Origin: an uncultured Dehalococcoidaceae bacterium
GTDB lineage: Bacteria > Chloroflexota > Dehalococcoidia > Dehalococcoidales > RBG-16-60-22
Direction of reading: 5' to 3'
Assembly (NCBI GenBank): GCA_964462865.1
Contig: CAYWZO010000005.1
Span: forward strand, 1-54,481
DNA: 54,481 nt
Notes under the pieces: generated by a model
Database searches by the model: none
What the model was told of the DNA's origin: nothing
Seen by the model: the letters and a program-made list of their open reading frames with translations, nothing else
Made by a program: the position numbers and the translations under genes
In this document: positions 18,785 to 27,100 of the stretch, one piece after another
Layout: each line of letters opens with the position of its first letter
Numbering within the stretch: position 1 is the first letter of the stretch

Positions 18785-19660
18785 CTAACGCCGGTGTATC
18801 AACGGGTTAAGCCAGTCGTTGAGCGCATCCCCCAGCAGGTTAAAGGTCAGCACGGTTAAAGCGATGGCAATGCCCGGAATGATACAGAGCCACCAGGCGG
18901 TAACGATGTATGACCTGCCTTCGGACACCATCGAACCCCAGTCGGCGGTGGGCGGCGGGATACCGACACCCAGAAAACTCAACGAGGCCTCGACGATAAC
19001 AATCGTACCTACCTGAAGGGTCGCCAGGATAATAATCGGACTGACGACGTTCGGGAATATATGGCGCGTCATGATACTTGCCCGGGAGCAGCCGGCAATC
19101 TTGGCCAGGGCAATAAAATCGAACTCTTTGACCTTTAGTGTCTCGGCCCTGGCCATCCTGGCGTAGCCGGCCCAGAGTGTAAAGCTGATTATCATGACCA
19201 GTATCTGAAAACTCGGCCCGAAGATAGCCCCCAGGAGCAGGGCCAGCAGTATGGCCGGCAGTGAAAAAACCAGGTCTACCGCTCTCATGATGATGATGTC
19301 GGCCCAGCCGCCGATATAGCCGGCGATGATGCCCAGGAGGGTCCCCAGGGTGCCGGCGATGATGACCACCAGGGCGCATACCGAGAGCGTCGTCCTGGCG
19401 CCGAAGATGATACGGCTTAATATGTCCCTGCCGAGCGTGTCGGTTCCCAGGGGGAAATCAGACCTGCCGCCTTCCTGCCAGACCGGCGGTAGCAGGCGGT
19501 TGTCCAGCACGCCGACATTGGGGTCGTGAGGCGCGACCCATGGCGCCAGTAGCGCCGTCAGTATTAATATCAGTCCGATAATGCTGAATATTATAACTGT
19601 CGGGCTAAGGCGTATTTTCCTACCTTTTACGTTCTTTTCATTTAATTGTATGTCGCTCAT
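18785..19660 (-). CDS. ABC transporter permease (DppC/OppC-like)
   Basis: LGTDTLGRDILSR, RHIFPN, EASLSFLGVG, DWG. Confidence 0.93.
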   Translation of the reverse strand: MSDIQLNEKNVKGRKIRLSPTVIIFSIIGLILILTALLAPWVAPHDPNVGVLDNRLLPPVWQEGGRSDFPLGTDTLGRDILSRIIFGARTTLSVCALVVIIAGTLGTLLGIIAGYIGGWADIIIMRAVDLVFSLPAILLALLLGAIFGPSFQILVMIISFTLWAGYARMARAETLKVKEFDFIALAKIAGCSRASIMTRHIFPNVVSPIIILATLQVGTIVIVEASLSFLGVGIPPPTADWGSMVSEGRSYIVTAWWLCIIPGIAIALTVLTFNLLGDALNDWLNPLIHRR

Positions 19661-19711
19661 AGGCTATTCTCGGGCCTGTTATATCATTCGTTCTTTTTCT
19701 TGAGCCGTTTT

Positions 19712-20632
19712 TTACGTATATCTGATACGAGGGTCGACATAGGCGTACAATATATCAACAACTAGGTTCGCGGTAACGAACATAAAGGTGATGAAAAGTA
19801 CCACCGCCTGAATCATGGGGAAATCCCGGGTGGAGACCGCTTCCCAGGCCAGGCGGCCCAGTCCCGGCCAGGCGAATATCGTCTCGATAACCACCACCCC
19901 GGTCATCAGTCCTGTCAGCAGCGTACCGAGAAATGTCAGCACCGGTATCAGGCTGTTGCTGAAGGCGTGCTTCCAGATGACCAACCTTTCGTCCAGCCCC
20001 TTGATTCTGGCCAGCTTAACGTACTCCCCGCTCAAGACATCCAGCATGCTAGAACGCGTCAGGCGGACGATGCCCGCTAAGGATATTCCGCTTAAAGCTA
20101 CCGCCGGCAAAATTATCTGCTTGAAGCTGCCGTAACCGGAGGTGGGCAGCAGGCGGAATTGCACGCTGATAACGTACATCAGGACGATACCGACCCAGAA
20201 AGCCGGCATGGACTGTCCCAGCATCGCCAGCACCCTGCCTGCGGTGTCCAGAAACGACCCACGGCGCACAGCGGAAATTACCCCTATCGGTATGCCGATG
20301 ATAATACTCAAGAGCATGGCGGCGACAGCCAGTTGAAAAGAAGCCGGTATCCTCTCCACGATCTGGTCCACCACCGGACGGCGCGCGCCCCGGATTGACC
20401 TGCCGAGGTCTCCCTGCAGCGCCTTTTTCAAGAAGATGGCGTATTGAACCGGTATTGGTTTGTCCAGCCCTAGTTCCCTGGTTACCAGCTCGACATCTTC
20501 CTTGGTGGCGAGGTCACCCAGCAACAGGGGTACCGGGTCGCCGCTCAATCTTCCCAGAAGGAAGACGATAATGCTCATCAGGAAGATGGTTATAATCGCC
20601 TGAATAATACGTTTGATAAGATATCGCTGCAT
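19712..20632 (-). CDS. ABC transporter permease (DppB/OppB-like)
   Basis: GDLGRS, SMPAFW, TRSSMLDVL...ARIKGL, ETIFAWPGLG, DPRIR. Confidence 0.93.
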   Translation of the reverse strand: MQRYLIKRIIQAIITIFLMSIIVFLLGRLSGDPVPLLLGDLATKEDVELVTRELGLDKPIPVQYAIFLKKALQGDLGRSIRGARRPVVDQIVERIPASFQLAVAAMLLSIIIGIPIGVISAVRRGSFLDTAGRVLAMLGQSMPAFWVGIVLMYVISVQFRLLPTSGYGSFKQIILPAVALSGISLAGIVRLTRSSMLDVLSGEYVKLARIKGLDERLVIWKHAFSNSLIPVLTFLGTLLTGLMTGVVVIETIFAWPGLGRLAWEAVSTRDFPMIQAVVLFITFMFVTANLVVDILYAYVDPRIRYT

Positions 20633-20939
20633 TTCCTTATTTCATCGAGTTCAGAAACCCGGTACGTTTACTCTCAAACGTCTCCTATAAATTATAAATA
20701 CATCACGTGTTATCAGCTATGCTTCAATAGCATGTGCAATTTATAGAAAATACCAGCTAGCACGGTCCTGGCGGAACAGAGGCATTATCCCGATATAACC
20801 TGACTATTACCTCTGTTCCGCCCAACGTTCTGATTAGACCGATGGCACTTTATCTTACGGCTGATAACCTTTATACTTCAACAGTCCGAAGTTATCCAAC
20901 CGGTGTCCAATATTCTATTTAAGCCGCTTATCATTATCA

Positions 20940-22649
20940 CTATTGCGCTTTGGTAATCTGGTCGAAGTTCGTGGGATAGTTGGTGATAGTCGGCCAGCTC
21001 CCGATTACCGGGTTGACGGCGTAGGGTTCCTCGGCGCTGATCAGGAAGATAAAAACAGCCTCGTCGGTAAGGTAGTCATAGATATCTTTTAATAACGCGA
21101 GCCTCTTGGCGGAGTCCGGCTCACTAAGGGCCGCGTCCGACATCTTATCGAGCTCCGGCGTGGTAAATATCGCGAACACGCTTTTATCCGTATAAGCCGC
21201 CGTCAGACCGCCCGGGTCGTCCAGAGCAATGGGTGCCCCATAGGTGTGGGTCCAGAACATGTTCTGGGCTTTCGCTCCGGTCCAGGATGCCCTGATAGTG
21301 GGATAGTCGGTCGGTATTATTTTTACATTAATACCTACGGCTTCCCAATAGGTAGCAACCGCCAATCCGATATCAGGGAGTTGCGCGCCTGGATTTCTGG
21401 CACAGGTGTAAAAAGTTACATCGAAACCATTGGGATAGCCTGCATCGGCTAACATTTGCTTTGCCTTAGCTTCGTTGTAGGGGTATGCCGGTGCTGCCTG
21501 GTCGACGAAATTGTGTGGATTGAAGTTGGACCTGGCCGCGCCGTGGAAAATGTTCCTGGCAATAGCGTCTTTATCGACAGCGTAGTTCAGGGCCTGGCGG
21601 ACTTCCTTTTTAGCCCAGGGGGCCGTTGGGTTATAACGAACAGGGTCGGTCTCCACCAGGCCGCCCATTAAGATTCTCGGCGCCCAGGAGTCTTTCTGGG
21701 CGAGGATGTTGAATTTTGAGGCCTTGACCGTATTGACGGAGTCCAGGCTGATGGGGGCCATATCGGCCTCGCCGACTTTCAGCATCGCCACCCGGGTTGA
21801 TTCCTCCGGTACGCCGTAAAAGATAATATCCTTAAATTCCGGGGTGACGCGCCAGTGGTTTTCCACGCCGGGAACGGTGGTTACTTTAATCGATACGCCG
21901 CGTTTATGTTCGGCCAGGGTATAGGCGCCGGTCCCGATGGGGTGAGAATCAGCCCTTTCATCACCCACCTGCTCAACGTACTTCTTACAGACGATATGGT
22001 TGGAAATGGTATTGGAAAGCCTGTTCCAGAACGTAAAGTCGGCGGTGTTAAGTTTAAAGACGGCCGTATATTTATCAGGGGTTTCGACGGTAAGATCAAA
22101 GGAGCGGAAAGTTGATGCTTGGGCTGCCTTGGAAGCAGGTTCAATTTGTCGTTCGAAAGTGTACTTGACGTCCGCGGATGTCAATTCGCCCCAGTTTTCA
22201 TGGAATTGAATGCCTTCCCGCAGCTTGATGGTCCAGGTCTTGCCGTCAGGCGTCATTTCCCAGGACTTTGCCAGACCGGGCAGGGGCAGTTTGGTGGCGG
22301 GGTCCAAGTAAAGCAGGTACTCGAAAATTGTATCGATGTAGAATTTCCGCCCTGAAGCACCGTTCCAGGGCAGGAAAGTCTCGTCCTCCAGACCGGGCAT
22401 GGCTACCTTTAAAACACCGGTGGGGGACTTCTTCGCCGCGGTAGGGGCGGTAGTGGTTGCCGGCGTCGTCTTCGGAGTGGTGGCCGTGGGTGTGGTGGTC
22501 GCCGCTGGTGTGGTGGTTACGACTGGTTTCGTGGTGGTTGCCGGAGCGGTCGTTGTCTCGGTTGTTTTACAGGAACCGACCAGGAGCATGAAGACCGTCA
22601 TCAGGATTAAGGCAAGACTACAGGCAAGGACTAACTTGTTTCTCTTCAT
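20940..22649 (-). CDS. Family 5 ABC substrate-binding lipoprotein with Thr/Pro-rich linker
   Basis: Lipobox LVGS-C; PGLAKSWE, LREGIQFH, PIGTGAY, VRQALNYAVD, AKQMLADAGYPNGF. Confidence 0.92.
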   Translation of the reverse strand: MKRNKLVLACSLALILMTVFMLLVGSCKTTETTTAPATTTKPVVTTTPAATTTPTATTPKTTPATTTAPTAAKKSPTGVLKVAMPGLEDETFLPWNGASGRKFYIDTIFEYLLYLDPATKLPLPGLAKSWEMTPDGKTWTIKLREGIQFHENWGELTSADVKYTFERQIEPASKAAQASTFRSFDLTVETPDKYTAVFKLNTADFTFWNRLSNTISNHIVCKKYVEQVGDERADSHPIGTGAYTLAEHKRGVSIKVTTVPGVENHWRVTPEFKDIIFYGVPEESTRVAMLKVGEADMAPISLDSVNTVKASKFNILAQKDSWAPRILMGGLVETDPVRYNPTAPWAKKEVRQALNYAVDKDAIARNIFHGAARSNFNPHNFVDQAAPAYPYNEAKAKQMLADAGYPNGFDVTFYTCARNPGAQLPDIGLAVATYWEAVGINVKIIPTDYPTIRASWTGAKAQNMFWTHTYGAPIALDDPGGLTAAYTDKSVFAIFTTPELDKMSDAALSEPDSAKRLALLKDIYDYLTDEAVFIFLISAEEPYAVNPVIGSWPTITNYPTNFDQITKAQ

Positions 22650-22792
22650 TCAAACGCCTCCTTTTAATTGGTTAATCATGAGGTTTTAAACGCGGGATAA
22701 TCACTATCTCGCCTGGCTCTCGTCTGAATCTCTTCGTCTTACCCCCTTTCCCGCGGTAATTTTCACAGCGTCTTTTAAACTCTTACATATCG

Positions 22793-24013
22793 TCAGATTA
22801 CTTTTTCTTCTTTAAACTGCGTAATATCATCCCAACTGTACCCCCCAAGCTCCTGAAGCACCTCCTCGGTATGCTGGCCGAACTCCGGCGCCGGGCTCTG
22901 GACACCCGCCGGTGTAGTGTGGAATTTTACCGGACATCCTACCGTTTTTATTCTTCCGAGTGAAGGCTGCTCGTATTCCACGACGTATTTGTTATCCAGA
23001 ATCTGCGGGTCATCGGCCACATCCAGTCCCTCGTTGATGGGAGAAAACATGATGCGATGATATTTGCCCACGATTTCCACCCACTCGTCGCGCGGTTTGG
23101 TAGCAAAGACTTGGTCTAAAATATCTATCAATTCCCGGCAGTTTTTCGCCCTGGCCGGGGTGCTTTCGAACTTCGGGTCCTTTTCAAGATTTTCGATGCC
23201 GGCGGCCTTACAAAAATCCGGCCATACCCTGTCCGTGGCCAGGATGCAGAAACTGATCCATTTGCCGTCCTTACATTTGTAATGATTGGCGAGGGGATTG
23301 CTGACTGATTTCCTGTCTTCCCGAAGGAGTTCCTTCTTGTAAAAAAAGGTGTTGGTCAGTCTGACATGCTGGAGCGCGACCATGGAGCCGGTGATGGAAA
23401 TATCGATTTCCTGGCCGATTCCCAGCCTTTCCCGGGCCAGCAGCGCCGCTAATATGCCGTCAACGGCGATAATTGAAGTCATATGGTCGGCCATGGCCCC
23501 GCCCACTGCCGCCGGTTCCCCGAGGAGCGCCGTCTGGTTGGTCATGAAGCCGGAACGTGCCTGGCCCACATAGTCATTGCCGCGGCGCCAGTTGTCCGGC
23601 CCGTCAGGGCCAAGGCTGGATATATTGGCGTAAATTATCTTGGGATTGTATTGGGAAATCGTCTTGTAATCTAAATTCGCACGGTCACGCACGGACTGCC
23701 TGAAGTTCTGCAGAAAAACATCGCACTTTTGCACGAGCCGGTATATTATTTCCTTGCCTTTAGGTGTGGTGACGTCTACGGTGATGCACTTTTTATTACG
23801 GTTCACGCCGGTATACATGAATTCTCTCTCGGCGGTGGTGCGTCCCGTCGCCATCCCTTCCAGCCGCGTGATGCCGCGGCTGGGGTCGCCGACGACGGGT
23901 TGTTCGATCTTGATTACTTCCGCGCCCATATCTCCGAGCATCATGGTTGCCCCCGGGCCCGCCAGCCATATTGCCCACTCTAAAATACGGATACCATCTA
24001 AAGGTTTAGCCAT
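22793..24013 (-). CDS. Family III (CaiB/BaiF) CoA-transferase
   Basis: LGDMGAEVIKIE, NRNKKCIT, DVFLQNFR, MADH, APEFGQHT. Confidence 0.93.
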   Translation of the reverse strand: MAKPLDGIRILEWAIWLAGPGATMMLGDMGAEVIKIEQPVVGDPSRGITRLEGMATGRTTAEREFMYTGVNRNKKCITVDVTTPKGKEIIYRLVQKCDVFLQNFRQSVRDRANLDYKTISQYNPKIIYANISSLGPDGPDNWRRGNDYVGQARSGFMTNQTALLGEPAAVGGAMADHMTSIIAVDGILAALLARERLGIGQEIDISITGSMVALQHVRLTNTFFYKKELLREDRKSVSNPLANHYKCKDGKWISFCILATDRVWPDFCKAAGIENLEKDPKFESTPARAKNCRELIDILDQVFATKPRDEWVEIVGKYHRIMFSPINEGLDVADDPQILDNKYVVEYEQPSLGRIKTVGCPVKFHTTPAGVQSPAPEFGQHTEEVLQELGGYSWDDITQFKEEKVI

Positions 24014-24140
24014 TGTATCATGCCTTTCTAAAAATGATTTTTTACTGTGGTATTTGTCTTGTTATTTCTCTTGTTCACGGATGTCCCGCTTTTAAAGGTT
24101 GAATCCGTCAATGAACAAGAAGTGAGAAATGAAATTCACT

Positions 24141-24171
24141 ACATCATATACTATATAGAATATGATGTCAA
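24141..24171 (-). promoter_or_regulatory. Near-consensus sigma70 promoter overlapped by a 28-bp palindromic operator
   Basis: Minus strand TTGACA (24171-24166)-17 nt-TATGAT (24148-24143); palindrome ACATCATATACTATATAGAATATGATGT (24141-24168) is 26/28 self-complementary. Confidence 0.8.
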
Positions 24172-24355
24172 TATCGATATTAAATGTTTTTTCATTTTCG
24201 GTGAAGGAAATGGGATACATTAAAGATATAAAGTAAGGAATACTTGAGAATTTGTTGCTGTTTTATAAGAAAGCTGGTTAGTGGCTTAAACGCGCCCGGC
24301 GCTTTGAATCAGATAGTTGCCAGTAAATATCACCGGTCCGGTGTCAGAACTGCGC

Positions 24356-26749
24356 TCAAGCCGTTTGGTATTCTGTCCGGGCGATGATTTCATCCTGTAT
24401 TACTTTACCCAGCCCCGTAAAGTAGGCGCTGTAACCGGCCACCCTGACAATCAGGTCGCGGTGTTTTTCTGGATGCTGCTGGGCGTCCAGAAGCGTCACC
24501 CTGTCAACGATGTTGAATTGGACATGCTTGCCGCCAAGTTCAAAATAGGTACTGATTAAAATGGCGAGCTTACGCCTGTCCTCTTCCGTCCCGAGTGCGG
24601 ATGTATGGAATTTCATGTTCAGCAGTGTTGCCTGGAGGGTACTCTGGTCAATTTTCGAGGCGCTTTTCATGACCGCCGTCGGGCCGCGTACGTCTTGGCC
24701 CTGTACCGGCGACATACCGCCGTCGGCCAGGAACGTACCGGAATATCTGCCGTCGGGGGTGGCGCCTGTTTGGGCTCCCCCGGGCCACTGCGCCGAGATG
24801 GAAATAGCCGAGGGTTTATGTGTCCCGCCTACTATCGTGGGGAAATTTGCGGTAATTTCTGAAAAATACCTGTAAAGCTCGGCAGCCAGAGAGTCCGCGT
24901 AATCATCGTCGTTTCCGTACTTGGGTGCTGCCATAAAGGCTTTCCTCATCGCCTCGTAGCCTGCCCAGTTGGCGTGCAGAGCGGCCTGTAGTTCTCTCAT
25001 GGTGTATTTCCGCTCTTCGAAGATGAGCTTTTTGACCGCCGCGAGGGAATCGACCACATTGACCATGCCCACGGTGTTGAGCACCGCGCCATTCTCGAAG
25101 GGATAGGTACGGTCGAGAAGGCTCCGTCCCACCCTGACAGGGTCATCCAGCAGAGCGGTACGCACCGGGTCGGGGAAGATATCGGCATGAGCGCTCATCC
25201 AGATGTTATTATACTCGGCGTTCAATTGCAGGAAGTAAGACAGCTGTTGTTTAAAGGCGTTCACGAGTTCGTCGAAAGATTGAAAGGTCTCCGAATCTCC
25301 CGTTTTCGGGCCGAGTTGCCTTCCTGTTTTCGGGTCCACGCCGTTGTTCAGGGTGATATCCAGCACCATCGGCGTGATGAACATGGCAAAGGCGCTGATG
25401 CGGGATTTCCCCGGGATACTGGCGTCAAGGCAGCCGCCCAGGGCGTAATTCCTTGCGTCTTCGAGCGGGACTCCCTGACGGCACAGATAACTGATATACG
25501 AATTATCACCAACAAAAGCAGGCAGGCCGATTCCGGTCTGAAGTACTTCGATACTTTTAAGTAACAGCGCCTCGGGTGTTTTTTCGTGCACTCTCACGGT
25601 GATGGTGTGATGGGGCGTGGGACAGCGCCGCGCCGCTTCCAGGATAAGGTAGGAAAGCTCATTGGTGGCGTCCTGCCCGTCACGCGTCTGACCGCCGATA
25701 ACACAGTTATGCCATTTGGCTTTGCCGGCATCTTTCTGTCGGTTCTCCTTGCCCGATATTCTGTTCAACTCCATGTCCTTGATGCGGAGGCACTGCAGCA
25801 GCTCAAGTGCTTCCTCATCGGAGATAAGTCCCTGCTCTATATCCCTTTTGTAATAGGGATAGAGATATTGGTCCATTCTGCCCATCCCCGCCACCGTGGA
25901 AGGGTTAATCATCAGGAAGGCAAACCAGAAAGACTGGATGGCTTCACGGAAAGTGCGCGCCGGATTGGCCGGCACCTGCCGGCACGTGGCGGCGATTATC
26001 TCCAGTTCTTTTTTACGTGCCGGGTCCTTTTCCCTTATCGCCGTCTGTGCCGCGAGTATGGCGAACCTGCTGGCGAAACGGACGACGGCGTTGAGTGAAA
26101 TAATCAGGGCATTAAGAAAATGTCCCTTTTCTACCGAGCCGGTATTCAGGAACGTGAGTTTTTGAAGTTCCTTCTCTGCCTCATTGATGATATCGAGCAG
26201 GCCGTGCTGGAGCACTTTCTCGTAATCTTCAACGTTATTGTAAAAGCCCGGGCCGAGTCCCATGCCGCTCTCGGCGTAGCCGCCGCCGCTCCCTTCCGCT
26301 TTGCTTTTCCAGGGCGCCAGCACCATGCCCGTTTGCATGAAGGGCCAGAGCCTTTCATCATCAAAAGAATGGCCTATCCTGGCAACGAGGCTCTTTCCTC
26401 TCCAGTATTCGTTGATAGCTTCAGCCTCTCTTAAATCGCGGTCGTTGATTAACCACCCCTCCTCTTTCAGGGCGTTTATTTCATCCTCCGGCCAGGGCCC
26501 GTAATTAAACTCCATCTCGACACCCAGGTAGGTGCTGGCCCCGTTGCCGACGATGAGTTCGCCCTCCCTGATGAAAATGGTGATGTTGTCCAGGGAATGA
26601 GCCAGGGCTTTAGCTCTTCTAAGAATCTCCGGTTCACCCTCGGTCTGCCGGAACACCTCCGTCATCAGCCGCGCCTTTTCAATGCAGACGGGATATTTTT
26701 CGACCCGGAGCCCTGCCTTCAGTTTTTCAATCCGTGTTGTGCTCATCAT
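24356..26749 (-). CDS. Glycyl radical enzyme (PFL-like family), unknown reaction
   Basis: C-terminal RVAGYS glycyl motif, HVQFNI, TPDGR, single-Cys loop GGCLD; 797 aa. Confidence 0.93.
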   Translation of the reverse strand: MMSTTRIEKLKAGLRVEKYPVCIEKARLMTEVFRQTEGEPEILRRAKALAHSLDNITIFIREGELIVGNGASTYLGVEMEFNYGPWPEDEINALKEEGWLINDRDLREAEAINEYWRGKSLVARIGHSFDDERLWPFMQTGMVLAPWKSKAEGSGGGYAESGMGLGPGFYNNVEDYEKVLQHGLLDIINEAEKELQKLTFLNTGSVEKGHFLNALIISLNAVVRFASRFAILAAQTAIREKDPARKKELEIIAATCRQVPANPARTFREAIQSFWFAFLMINPSTVAGMGRMDQYLYPYYKRDIEQGLISDEEALELLQCLRIKDMELNRISGKENRQKDAGKAKWHNCVIGGQTRDGQDATNELSYLILEAARRCPTPHHTITVRVHEKTPEALLLKSIEVLQTGIGLPAFVGDNSYISYLCRQGVPLEDARNYALGGCLDASIPGKSRISAFAMFITPMVLDITLNNGVDPKTGRQLGPKTGDSETFQSFDELVNAFKQQLSYFLQLNAEYNNIWMSAHADIFPDPVRTALLDDPVRVGRSLLDRTYPFENGAVLNTVGMVNVVDSLAAVKKLIFEERKYTMRELQAALHANWAGYEAMRKAFMAAPKYGNDDDYADSLAAELYRYFSEITANFPTIVGGTHKPSAISISAQWPGGAQTGATPDGRYSGTFLADGGMSPVQGQDVRGPTAVMKSASKIDQSTLQATLLNMKFHTSALGTEEDRRKLAILISTYFELGGKHVQFNIVDRVTLLDAQQHPEKHRDLIVRVAGYSAYFTGLGKVIQDEIIARTEYQTA

Positions 26750-26870
26750 AACTTCACCATACTTCTATCGTCAGTAAAAAGGTGCTTCAAGGCAATTATA
26801 CAATTATGTAGCAAGAGAATGATAACGGTTCTGCCTGTTATCGCCCCATGTGGTTCTTTTTGAAGCTAAG

Positions 26871-26971
26871 CGGGGAAAGGGTAGAGTCGAACTCCCACTG
26901 AAACACGATATATCCTAAAATGGCTTTCTGAGTTTGTTTCCGTGTCTAGCTTACTTTAGCTATGTATCCCC
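26871..26971 (-). ncRNA. tRNA-like cloverleaf with 33-nt anticodon loop (degenerate tRNA, att remnant or ncRNA)
   Basis: Reverse complement GGGGATA-CA-TAGC-TAAAGTAA-GCTA-G-ACACG-(33 nt)-CGTGT-TTCAGT-GGGAG-TTCGACT-CT(A)CCC-TTTCCCC-G; TATAAT 12 nt upstream. Confidence 0.45.
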
Positions 26972-27060
26972 TCTTTTTACGATATTATACCTGGTATTGT
27001 TTACGGGGCAGGTCACTCGGGGTCTCGGGGTATGTAAAGGTATTGCAAACTGATAAATGG

Positions 27061-27069
27061 TGGTATAAT
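27061..27069 (+). promoter_or_regulatory. Extended -10 promoter for the enolase-family gene
   Basis: TGGTATAAT about 30 nt upstream of AGGAG and ATG 27101. Confidence 0.6.
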
Positions 27070-27100
27070 CTACTACAACTTTACCTTGTGAGGAGTGAAA

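Noticed and set aside
22435-22570. Short DNA repeats as CRISPR or VNTR
   Set aside because: They are imperfect codon repeats encoding the Thr/Pro linker, with no repeat-spacer structure.
24356-26749. GRE as benzylsuccinate synthase or pyruvate formate-lyase
   Set aside because: No small beta/gamma subunit genes and no Cys-Cys pair; the GGCLD loop fits neither as I recall them.
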